DNA of 62,123 nucleotides, filler included, from Globobulimina sp. (Eukaryota): NCBI GenBank assembly GCA_003354225.1. It is 18 parts of 18 records of this genome, joined end to end, with 100 filler letters (N's around TTAATTAATTAA, not from the genome) between each part and the next. Parts side by side here need not be neighbours in the genome. Positions count along the whole stretch, not along the records: positions 20,756 to 24,113 come from PIVH01002988.1; positions 24,214 to 27,570 come from PIVH01002989.1; positions 27,671 to 31,027 come from PIVH01002990.1; positions 31,128 to 34,484 come from PIVH01002991.1; 14 more parts are not named here. One strand, 5' to 3'. Shown piece by piece: positions 22,550 to 33,193 of this stretch (position 1 is its first letter; each line of letters starts with the position of its first letter). The notes under the pieces were generated by a model. It saw only the letters and a program-made list of their open reading frames with translations, ran no database searches and was not told where the DNA came from. The position numbers and the translations under genes were made by a program.

Positions 22550-23382
22550 ATGTCGTTGCAATTGAGTTTGCTAAAATTTATCTTCGTGTTGTCTGGTATT
22601 AATGTTCTCAATGCATTTGAATTTGACGTCTACATCTATTCTCGTGGTGGCCAACAAGAAGAAATCACAGACAAATATGGCGGTGGTGTCGCCTCCCAAA
22701 TCATGTATATTGATTCAATGACCCAGACACCAAAAAGTAACAATTTAATCACTGATCTAACAGCTGGAGTAAATGTCGTTGTTTTGAATGAAGTCGATTC
22801 GACATTCATTGAATCTCAATCCTTTTACAAATGGAATGAAGATACAGAATGTGCACAATATTTAAGTGGACTGCCGCAAGGCCGTATAGTATTGATATCA
22901 GTTTATGATACAGCAGAATTATTTGATACTACAACGTCTATCTTACAATCTTGGGGCTGTCCATCAGACACATCACAAAATGTTGGATGGTTATGTCCGT
23001 TCATATTCGTTGGAACATCTGGACTCAGCTCACCGTGGACATATTGTGAAACAGCATCCCGTGATTCATTGCCATTAAACAGAACATTCACTCTTCCATT
23101 CATCCAAAGTTAATAAATCATCTGTTTTTGTATCGTTTCTATAATCCATTTCTATAATATTTAATTGACTCTGTCATGTATATAGCTCACGAGCCAACAG
23201 AGGATCCAACAATGGCTCCTACTGCGGCTCCCTTAGATTTTGGTGATGCTGGATTATATTGCAGTGATACCGTATTTTCAGACTCATTGATTGCGGCGAA
23301 TCCAGGGATATCATCACTGTCTGATGAAGCAAGCTTAGTCGATAAGATTGAAGCTGGTTATTCAAAGCTTGTGGATGTACCA
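22550..23382 (+). CDS. Secreted protein N-terminus: signal peptide + ILEI/PANDER-like domain + PTxxPT linker
   Basis: GVNVVVLN...YLSGLPQGRIVLISVYD...PFIFVG. Intron 23109-23185. Ends at the inversion junction. Confidence 0.7.
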
Positions 23383-24112
23383 GGCGTCTCCTGGTTTTTT
23401 TGTGTTGAATATTTGATTCACTTTTTTCTCCCAAAAAATTAATAGTTATTTTACTGTACAATCTGCACAAAGCACTTCCAATCCATAGTACGCCTTCGAC
23501 CAATATCTCTTTGGCTGATAAAATGATCTCACTGTCATCAAAGATTAATTGTGACGAAGCAGGAACTATGATCCTATCAAATGCGCCAAAATTATTCAAT
23601 AAATCCAATGAACACTTTGTCAAAATCACTCTCGTATTCAATGGGATGGTAATATCACCAGACGCTATACCGGGAAACACATCTTCCCATCGAGTAAGAC
23701 CTACAAATAAATTATATATATTAAAGTAACAGAAACAGGAAAAATATGGTTAAAAGGTTGCCTAAAAGTTCACTGAGCTTATTTCATTGTAACACATTTT
23801 TATTATTGCCAAATCAGACTAGTGTAAACCGTGAACGTTTAGGAAACTTCCAACCAGAAACGTAACACTTTAGTACCTATCCATAAATGCGGACAATATT
23901 CTCTTTCATAAACATATTGTGACGCATCGTAATATCCCATGGTTGGTACATCCACAAGCTTTGAATAACCAGCTTCAATCTTATCGACTAAGCTTGCTTC
24001 ATCAGACAGTGATGATATCCCTGGATTCGCCGCAATCAATGAGTCTGAAAATACTGTATCACTGCAATATAATCCAGCATCACCAAAATCTAACGGAGCC
24101 GCAGTAGGAGCC
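23214..24112. repeat. 169-bp inverted duplication (23214-23382 / 23944-24112)
   Basis: Identical apart from two synonymous changes (CCC/CCG, ACC/ACA). Confidence 0.95.
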
Positions 24113-24113
24113 T
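23383..24113 (-). CDS. Continuation of the same gene (other copy): linker + G8 domain
   Basis: Intron 23701-23876. Exon DITIPLNTRVIL...IIVPASSQLIFDD...ILVEGVLWIGSALCRLYSKITINFLG is G8-like. Confidence 0.7.
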
Positions 24114-24291
24114 NNNNNNNNNNNNNNNNNNNNNNNNNNNNNNNNNNNNNNNNNNNNTTAATTAATTAANNNNNNNNNNNNNNNNNNNNNNNNNNNNNNN
24201 NNNNNNNNNNNNNGTTACTTTTGTGCAAGGACTAAGGAGCCTCTTTAATGTTTTTTTTACAAATACTAGAAAAATGTAATTCAAATATGTT

Positions 24292-26415
24292 TTATAATTT
24301 AATTGGGTCACCATTGTTGTCAAATCCATTTAATATTTTAATACATAGATTCCATGTAAAGCTCTTCAAAGAGAATACTTTTTTATATGGAAAAAATGAA
24401 ACACCCATCAACACTTTTTCTCGCGATTGCATTGGACTTGATGTCCAACGATAATTCACTTCGGGGACATACAATTCCATCGATGATTCAATGGTCTTAA
24501 CTCCAGCAATAGCTCCCAATATTGTACATGATATCTTTTGATTTGGACCGAATTCACAGTCTAAAATGACTTTCATTCGAATTAATCGCTTTGATCTTCC
24601 AACTTCTCTTTCTATTAATTTACTTTTTATTGACTGTTTACTATCTAATTGTTGCTTAATGCCACCTGCAACATTCCAACTAAAATATACTGCGGATCTA
24701 AATTCAAAGTTATACTGCGACCCAACAAATTTTACAAAATTATCTTCATTATTAAATTTATTTTGAATGAGATGAAACAATAATGATTTATCAATTTTAT
24801 TTGCATTTTGTTCAACATATTCATCACTTAGCCACAACACTGAATGATTTTGCATAAAACAAACAATTAACTTTTCAAAATAACTTAGCGAGTCGCTATC
24901 GGAAACAATATGATCCAAAAATAATTTCAATCGTAATTGAATCTTGTTTCGTAATGATGCGGCACTTAAAAATGATCCATTCATTAAACTTTGACATAAA
25001 TGAAGCGATTTCATAGTGCCAGCATACGAATGCATATCAATGATCATATCACGAATTGTGAACCTTGCATTAAAAAATAACCTTTCTTGCTCGTGAGGGT
25101 ACTGCGACATCCACGTTACGTCCAAAGCATAGTAGACATCGGTGGTATTACAGCCCAATTTTAACACAATACCTTTTGCAGCAGAAAAATTCATGGCCAC
25201 CGCCGGACTGATTGTGGTGGAAATTGGCGCATAAAATCTCACATCAAATTCATTAAACAATAATTTACAGTCAATTCCGTGATAAAAATTATGTTTGACT
25301 TTGACATTCGAACCAAACAAACATGTTATTTCAAATAAACAGCGCGAAACATTTGCATATTCGCTATTTCTTTTCATTATATCTTTTAACGACTCTTCTT
25401 TACTATGTTTACGAAATGATTTCCGTATATGATAACATAATGCACTGCAATCGGTATATAATATGGTAGCAAGGATTTGGTCGAAATTGAGCTTGCTTTC
25501 TGCTTTAATGCCTAAAATTGGATTCCATCCGGACCGGGAATATGCTTTCATACGTTTTGCATGTTTTGAATTAATTATTTTTGTTGCTTTCTTCAATAAC
25601 AAATCAAATACATCAATATCGAGGCAATAAACTGCATTTTTTAATATTTCTTGTTTTAATGTGTCATACTTTGCATCCACTATTTTGCCTTTACACCAGG
25701 TATGCACAGTATGTCTCCAATAATATAATTCTTGGCCAAAACCGTATACATTTGATTTTTCATCGTCTGTACTTGTTTTTTCTTCATTTGGTTGATGTTG
25801 CTTTGAACCAGACATATTTGTCACAAATTTATTGCTGGCAACGCTTGCATTCTGTAATTTGATTTGTTGGTTGAGTTTAATATTTAATTTTTGATCTGTC
25901 ATGTCATCAACATCGTGTTCCTGTAATTTATTATCATCAAATGACTCAAATCTACCAAATATATTTGAATGCATAAAAAATACATGAACTAAATCAATCC
26001 ATTGTATTACCTCAGCATTTCTATCATGATTAATAATATCATTCTCATTCATTTTAGCATCATTCTTAAATCCGCGATTTCGATTATTTCTACGTTCACT
26101 AAAACACGCATTCACATCGCATGGTTTATTAATATTTGTTTCAAAATAATTTATTAATCTCAGGGCTGTACGTTCATCTGCATCAAAATGGTTTTCTTTA
26201 ATATGTAAATAATCGTTAATTAACTGCTGCACTGAATATCCATCTAAATACCTCATTATGTCGGTGTTAATATCCTCATAATACTTCAGAATTTCTATTA
26301 TTCTGCAAATGCAGCTACAATCTTCAAATTTGTCTGCTGGCTGACATTCTTTACTCGCAGCATTTTTTGCTGTCAATTTCTCCCAACTTGCTTTCAAATT
26401 CTCTGCTGCGCTCAT
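24292..26415 (-). CDS. ADP-ribosyltransferase-like protein (paralogue 3, apparently complete)
   Basis: Motifs ILYTD, FYHG, APISTT, AMNFS and SQYPHEQERLF. First ATG at 26415. Confidence 0.75.
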   Translation of the reverse strand: MSAAENLKASWEKLTAKNAASKECQPADKFEDCSCICRIIEILKYYEDINTDIMRYLDGYSVQQLINDYLHIKENHFDADERTALRLINYFETNINKPCDVNACFSERRNNRNRGFKNDAKMNENDIINHDRNAEVIQWIDLVHVFFMHSNIFGRFESFDDNKLQEHDVDDMTDQKLNIKLNQQIKLQNASVASNKFVTNMSGSKQHQPNEEKTSTDDEKSNVYGFGQELYYWRHTVHTWCKGKIVDAKYDTLKQEILKNAVYCLDIDVFDLLLKKATKIINSKHAKRMKAYSRSGWNPILGIKAESKLNFDQILATILYTDCSALCYHIRKSFRKHSKEESLKDIMKRNSEYANVSRCLFEITCLFGSNVKVKHNFYHGIDCKLLFNEFDVRFYAPISTTISPAVAMNFSAAKGIVLKLGCNTTDVYYALDVTWMSQYPHEQERLFFNARFTIRDMIIDMHSYAGTMKSLHLCQSLMNGSFLSAASLRNKIQLRLKLFLDHIVSDSDSLSYFEKLIVCFMQNHSVLWLSDEYVEQNANKIDKSLLFHLIQNKFNNEDNFVKFVGSQYNFEFRSAVYFSWNVAGGIKQQLDSKQSIKSKLIEREVGRSKRLIRMKVILDCEFGPNQKISCTILGAIAGVKTIESSMELYVPEVNYRWTSSPMQSREKVLMGVSFFPYKKVFSLKSFTWNLCIKILNGFDNNGDPIKL

Positions 26416-26482
26416 TGCTGATGTTTCAGTATTTCCATCGGTTTTTGAGTGGAACAATGACTTGAATACTTAAACAAAAACC

Positions 26483-27570
26483 ATGCCAACAAAATGGGTC
26501 CCATCAATTGACGACACCACTGAATTCATTGGGATTTTCCTGTTATTCACACCATACATTATCATATTATTACCATTGCTACAAACCCGCATCACAGATT
26601 TTTTCCACTCCTTATATTTGCATCGTACACCACGCGATGATTGGAACAGTGCAGTCGACCAACACCCACCTCGTCGTTTGCTAGGATATGTATTTTCAAT
26701 TATTTTCACCTTCACAGCAGTGGCTTTGTTATTAATCAAAAACCATTCCAATGCGTACTGGATAGATTTTTTTCAATATTTCATTTACTTATCAATGCCG
26801 TTAATCATTTCCATACTCCGTCCTCCATCGCACCGTCCATGCGACATTTTCGATTTTTTAATTATTTTATTAGTCATTGTCCCCATTAACATCTCACAGG
26901 AATTCAACTCATTTTTACCTGACATCACCTTCGTCATTTATCCATCGTACGGCACATCGCCAAACATTTCCATTTTGCGCCTATGTGGCTTCAATTTATT
27001 CCTGTTCATTTTTTTCATATTTCGCCGTTTAAACCACATTGGTTTGTCATGGAACATAACCAATAATAAAAAGCATAAATGGAGTGCCATCCAGTGGGTA
27101 TTTTTGCGATTAGTGACTATAATGTCCATCTTTTTATCGCTGGCCATTCCATTTTGTTTGATTCCGGACATAAAATACTTACATTCCCCGGTGCCAGTAA
27201 GCAATATTTGGATCGATGGAATTGCGCGATATTTTTGTTTATTTTTTTTGGAGATTCTAGTGATCGAATTTTTATATCGTGGGATCATTCAAAATTTGCT
27301 TCATTCTGCTCTGGATTTTCGGTTCGAAGCTGGGTCGTATTTATTAGGAAGGCGCAACTCATTGACCTCACTCAATCAGTTTGAAAGTGAAAGTGAGGAG
27401 GAATCGGATCATGGCATTGAATTGTTATGGAAGAGCAGGAAAAAACCATTGATTGTGGATGATACAAAAGCAGTCACAAAAGCAAATAAAAAGGAATTGG
27501 GTCAGGATCATTTGAGTGTGAATGGTATCGATAATGACACCGTCCATACAATGTATTCTTTTTATAATAA
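26483..27570 (+). CDS. Multi-pass membrane protein, CPBP/Abi (CAAX protease-like), 3' truncated
   Basis: Several TM helices; IEFLYRGIIQNLL resembles the CPBP EExxxRG motif with the first Glu replaced. Confidence 0.55.
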
Positions 27571-27735
27571 NNNNNNNNNNNNNNNNNNNNNNNNNNNNNN
27601 NNNNNNNNNNNNNNTTAATTAATTAANNNNNNNNNNNNNNNNNNNNNNNNNNNNNNNNNNNNNNNNNNNNGTCGAATCTCTTTGATTTTGACTTCATTTT
27701 TCTGTTCTTTTTCGTCTTGCATTATTTGCAGTAGA

Positions 27736-28857
27736 ATGTTTTCTAAAAATATTAGCTCCCCAGTTTCTCCAATCATGACTCCATCATTCACTCCATGGTG
27801 TTTTCAAAAATCGAAACGTATTATTTATGCGATTTGGATTGTATCAATATTGATAACTGCTGTCATGTGCGTCTTCAACACCGTTGGAATAATAAAATTA
27901 TACAATTTGAAGAAATTCAATGCAGTTCTATCACGATTCTATGTTTTAATAACTATATTATTCATAATCTCCGGTATAAGCTATACAATCCATACTGGAC
28001 AATCAATATTGTGCTCCGACCCAATTCCGTGGACCTATTCCGGTGTAATTGCTATTGATTGCTATATGACCGGCTTATCCTTATTATATTTATTGTATTT
28101 ATTTCGCTTAAAAATAACATTCCAATCAACACGATACAACGTCTCCAGATCGTTATTATTTTTATGTGTGACAGGATTTGTAATTCAATTCACGGCGATT
28201 ATAGTCGCCACAGTGTTTCTCATGGAAAATAATACTAAAAAAGGTTTAAAAGTGTACTCAAAATTCCCTGTCACCAATTTTATATTTCATGTTCTATTGT
28301 TACTATTATTTGTGCACAGAATCCATAGTCTGGGCCAAAAAACAGATATTTTCCCATCCTCAGAATCAACAGATTCCAGTTCCAGCCATAAACGAGATTT
28401 GCACAATGCGCTGAATTTATTATTATCGCCAACGATAAGAAATATTATATGCGCCTTTATATCGTTAATATCATCCAATTTATTGTCTGTTTTTGGCGCA
28501 GTTCGCTCGGAGATCGACTCAGAAATACTGAGGTCATCGCATATATTCTTAATTATGTGTGATGTCTCCATAAATTCTTTTTTTTTATATTTGCAATATC
28601 CGTTTGGTAATAAAATCTATTTAAAATGTTGTCACAAATTACATTTCTGTATTCATAATAACATCGCGGTGAAAATCAAACTACAAAATGATACAAAGAA
28701 TAAAGTGGAGTCTCAGAATGAGACGCGTACGACAACCAACGATGTGACTACTACAATTGAAGCGGTGCTCAGTAATCCAAATGTTGATATTTCGAATTCG
28801 CAAAAAACAGCTGGCGATGTCACTGAATTTACTATAAGTACAGTAATAGTATTATGA
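27736..28857 (+). CDS. Seven-TM GPCR-like receptor
   Basis: About 7 hydrophobic helices, LYLFRLKITF after TM3, and a polar C-terminal tail. Confidence 0.65.
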   Translation: MFSKNISSPVSPIMTPSFTPWCFQKSKRIIYAIWIVSILITAVMCVFNTVGIIKLYNLKKFNAVLSRFYVLITILFIISGISYTIHTGQSILCSDPIPWTYSGVIAIDCYMTGLSLLYLLYLFRLKITFQSTRYNVSRSLLFLCVTGFVIQFTAIIVATVFLMENNTKKGLKVYSKFPVTNFIFHVLLLLLFVHRIHSLGQKTDIFPSSESTDSSSSHKRDLHNALNLLLSPTIRNIICAFISLISSNLLSVFGAVRSEIDSEILRSSHIFLIMCDVSINSFFLYLQYPFGNKIYLKCCHKLHFCIHNNIAVKIKLQNDTKNKVESQNETRTTTNDVTTTIEAVLSNPNVDISNSQKTAGDVTEFTISTVIVL

Positions 28858-29342
28858 AAATTAAAAAATATATACAAAAGGCATTCAAAGTGGAATATAT
28901 AATATATATCAAATGTCTATTTTTTGTGTTTATGTACATGTGTTTGCTTTACAATTGTATCTAAATCATCTGCTTTTTTTGTTTTGTTTTGAATTCATTG
29001 TTTTCTTCGCGTGCACTATTGTATATATACTATTCTTTATTCTTTATCCTCGCTGCTTGTGCATCCTCTTAGGAATGTTGGTTAATTACGATTTTTTATT
29101 GTGCAACGGTCGAAGCACACCGTTTCTGGTGACTGACCGAAAGGTAGCATTTCTGGTAAAAATGTATGAATCAAAATTATATGAAATGTCATTACCATTT
29201 TTATTTGAAAATGTCACAGTGACACAGCAATAACAAATACATTCGTCTGATTTTCAATGTAGATAGTTCAAATTAAAAAAAAAAATTGAATGAGGAATTA
29301 GTGTTTCACACATTGTGGTGAATGAATGTGCAATTGCTGATA

Positions 29343-31025
29343 TTACGGAATTACTGGCCCCAAATTGTAACCATACTCCTCTCGAATCACAATAACAATA
29401 ATCCAAACCAAGCCAGTCAACACACCCAAAACACAAACAAATGCCATAAAAATGCATATTGCCACAACAAAGCATTTAACATATCTATCATTGAACTTCC
29501 ACCTCATCAAACTTTCATCATCCACATCAACTTCAAACTCCATAATACTCAAATCATCACCATCTCCGTCCTCATTATTCCTTCCTTTCGTACAATATTT
29601 ATAACATATTCTGCAACACCAACATCCAACAAAAACCATAAATGCTTTGCCAAACAACAAGAATCCGGCAATAACCACTCCTATAAACTTCCATACTGTC
29701 CACCAAAAAGATGGATTACTATCATCCATATCTACAACACATACATCCTCCATTCCGCCCAATGCACTCATCCCAGCCATGCATGTAACGGATCCATCAC
29801 TTCTCCGACATCGCTTTCTTCCGCTCATTGCCCACATTAAAGCGCCATTAAACCCTCTTTTATAAATCAGTTCATATTTCCTCATCGCATATTCTTTTCT
29901 GTACGCTTTCTCCAGCGGATTCCCTCCAGACTCAATACCAAACTCCCCGACAATAACTGGTTTATCCAACGCATAAAACTCGACACTTTGTAATGCTGCA
30001 CCAAAGGGACTGTAGCTGCTATAAAGTTGGTTATGTTGATAAGTGTGTATGTCATAGAAATCCAATACTCCATTCTTGAGACCTCCCGCTGCAATCAAAC
30101 ATTCGTCATTCCATAAGTTGCTGTAACCAAATACATCAATGCAGGATTCCTCATTGTTGGCTCCGACCGTAACCAAAGCAGTGGGATGCACTGCCTTTAT
30201 AGCTGCGGTTTGAATGTTTATAAATCGTTGATATTGCCGCACAAATAATTTACTATCCGTCCAAAACGAAGCATCACTTTGCAAATATGCTGTGTTTGTA
30301 CAGTGGTTATCTGTTTTTTGTAGCAACAAATGTGTTTCAGGTTTATTTATAATTTCCCAGGCACCCAAAGCAGCGCTGTGTTTAGTTGCTGCCACCAACG
30401 GTACGAGCACAGTGTCAATAAAATATTGCAACTTAGTGTCTGTCTCATCAGTCAACATTGAATGTAATGCTGTTGTGAGGCCATTCCATAATGTCAGTAT
30501 AACAAAGATATTGTTTTCTTTTGCTGCATCTAAGTATGTGGTAACATCCGCTATTAATGTATTGACAGCATCTGATTGGGTGACATGGCCAGTATTTTCG
30601 TCTAAGATTTGGTTAAGTTTTGCTGTTGAAAATATTTGTATGATATTATCATCTGATGGATGGACGGATATATATATTATTATACCTTCGCAAAATATCC
30701 AGGTTCTAACAACATTGCCACCCGATTTAGCTATTTGTTGCAGTCCAAAGTTCAAAAATTGTGGGGTATGCTTTGTGCGATGAACATCAAAAGTTTTACT
30801 ACAATCACACCATGGTTGGTTTGCTCCATTTAAAAATATAAAATGTCCATCAAATATAAAATTGTTTGTTGCTTTGTCAACTGATAAATAATGAGTGTCA
30901 GCAATTGTTTTACATTTCGAATCAGGACATGAGTTTGTGCACGTTTTGCAACAATAACCTTCCATCCAATCTTCATAACATATATTTGTTCCCCACTTAG
31001 CTATATGTTGCTGGCATGTCCATTT
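29343..31025 (-). CDS. GH5 endo-beta-1,4-mannanase-like protein with Cys-rich N-module and two C-terminal TM helices (5' truncated)
   Basis: Motifs FLNGANQPW, GGNVVRTWIF, ALGAWEIINKPE, LDFYDIHTY and KPVIVGEF. Probable in-frame intron 30623-30685. Confidence 0.82.
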   Translation of the reverse strand, partial: KWTCQQHIAKWGTNICYEDWMEGYCCKTCTNSCPDSKCKTIADTHYLSVDKATNNFIFDGHFIFLNGANQPWCDCSKTFDVHRTKHTPQFLNFGLQQIAKSGGNVVRTWIFCEGIIIYISVHPSDDNIIQIFSTAKLNQILDENTGHVTQSDAVNTLIADVTTYLDAAKENNIFVILTLWNGLTTALHSMLTDETDTKLQYFIDTVLVPLVAATKHSAALGAWEIINKPETHLLLQKTDNHCTNTAYLQSDASFWTDSKLFVRQYQRFINIQTAAIKAVHPTALVTVGANNEESCIDVFGYSNLWNDECLIAAGGLKNGVLDFYDIHTYQHNQLYSSYSPFGAALQSVEFYALDKPVIVGEFGIESGGNPLEKAYRKEYAMRKYELIYKRGFNGALMWAMSGRKRCRRSDGSVTCMAGMSALGGMEDVCVVDMDDSNPSFWWTVWKFIGVVIAGFLLFGKAFMVFVGCWCCRICYKYCTKGRNNEDGDGDDLSIMEFEVDVDDESLMRWKFNDRYVKCFVVAICIFMAFVCVLGVLTGLVWIIVIVIREEYGYNLGPVIP

Positions 31026-31165
31026 GCNNNNNNNNNNNNNNNNNNNNNNNNNNNNNNNNNNNNNNNNNNNNTTAATTAATTAANNNNNNNNNNNNNNNNN
31101 NNNNNNNNNNNNNNNNNNNNNNNNNNNCGCCCACTGAAGTCTGAAGAAGTTTTTCATGTTAAACA

Positions 31166-33145
31166 ATGGCTTGTTTTCGAACTTATCGCAAAACCTATAA
31201 TTCACATCATTCAATCAAGAGTGCAGTCTTTCATTTGAGTGACAGACACAATGCATCCGCAGTTAAAAAACGATATGACCCAAAACCACATCGACGTCGC
31301 AGATACATGAAAGAGTTTGAAAATCTGGATGAACCGAGAAAAGGTAAGCTCGCATTAAATGAATACGGTGAATACATCACCAAATATGGAGATTGGTTAC
31401 ATAATGCAAAGCAAAGCGTAGCTCTTCGCGATGAACGAATTTGGGAGGAAGAATTCCGAAAAATCCGTAAAAAATATAAACAAGAATACGCTGAGAAATT
31501 CAGACAAAGATTAGCCGAATTCACACGCATTGCAGATGCGAAAATGTATGATTTAAGTTTACAGTCTGCACAAAAAAAGGAACGGAAACGCTTAAGTAAT
31601 ATCCGTATAAATGCACTAAAAGCCGCCAACAAAGGCACCAAAGCCCGGCAAAGAATGGAGTTAAAGCGAAGGAACGATATCATTGCTTATGATGCACGCG
31701 ATAGTAAACGCGATGTAATTCGCGAAATGGTTTGGGAGAAACCAGAGAAAAATTGGATTATTAAAGAGAATTTTACTGAGAAATTATCGCTGCGGTTAAT
31801 GGATAAATTGATGGATGATTCGCAGGTTGAAAATGATGAATATATTGATTTTAATTATTATGGTCTGCCCGGCAATGGTTATTATGACACAATGGAAGGT
31901 CTATTCCGACACAGTGATAAATATTTTGCTGATTGCATGGATACAAAAGCAGCGATGTCCAGCGCGCAAACAGTGACTGCCATCAGTAAACAGCCGATTT
32001 CTTGGTATATTCGGAAGACTGACAACAAGGACGAATATGTGCATGAAATACATGAATCGCAACAATTATTAAATAAACATTTGAAGCGGAATACACATAA
32101 TAATAAAAAGAAAACGTTGCGGAAAGGGAAACAAAGTATAAATGACGGCAAACAGCAAGATATTGAATACGAAGTGGATCAGAAAAATATTGTTCCAAAT
32201 TATTGGTTTAATATCGATTGGAATGCGCAGTTTGAAAAACGAGACAAGAATTTGGATAAATCGCCGATATTTATGGCGAATCAATTGATTTTGAAATATG
32301 AATTGGATAAATATGAAGATATTAAGTTGTTATTAAATAAGAAATATTATGATTTGTTGCGGGAATGTGAGAGTATGAATAAATTGCAAATTGTGACTTG
32401 TTTAAAGGAGATATTTGCGGCGTTTATACCAGCGGAGATATTGCATAAATATGACGATATTGAGTCAAAAGAGGAGTTTTTAGATGTGATTATTGAGGAT
32501 ATTGTGTTGAAGGATGATGCTGAGACTGAGAGTGAGAGTGATGATAAACGATGGTTTTTATATAAAGAATTTACGAAAAGAATGAAGCACTTTGGAAGTA
32601 TGCATTGGAAATCAGCAAAAATTAACTTTGATTCGGAAATAAGACGATGGAGAATGGATTTTTTAAAATGGAGATATTTAATATTTAATGATAATAAGCA
32701 ACATATTGAATGGCGGCAAAGGTTAAGAAAAACGGATTTAAGTAATTCTGACATAAATTTATGTAAAAAAGCAGTGGTTCGGTTGCAACAATTGGAACAT
32801 TTGATATTAGTTAAGAAATTTCTATATTTTTCATGTATATAAGTATTGTATGTTTTGTTCTAGGCACGAAGGACTGGAGCAAATATATTGGAAAATTTAA
32901 TAAATAATTTGGAAGATGACGTATTGAAAATATTTTATATTTGGTTTGAAGAGTTAACCGAAAATGGTGAGGAAATATGCATGGGAAAAGGATGGAGTTT
33001 TAATCGGTACGAGGAACAACAAATGCTACCACATGTTAAAGCGAAACAAATCCCAATTGAATACTTTAGATTGCCAATCACAAATTTGGTTGACAACAGC
33101 AAAACTTTGCAAAAAGAACAAATGTTTGTGCACAAAAGCCATTGA
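31166..33145 (+). CDS. Hypothetical basic/coiled-coil protein, possibly mitochondrial; 2 exons
   Basis: Long ORF; phase-0 intron 32810-32863 joins the 32888 ORF; R/K-rich N-terminus. Confidence 0.6.
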
Positions 33146-33193
33146 AGAACACACACAAAAAAAACTTTTGAAAACTTAAACATTGAATGTCAT

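Noticed and set aside
20756-26457. Apparent cluster of two ART-like genes around the G8 gene
   Set aside because: They lie on different contigs; adjacency reflects size sorting only.
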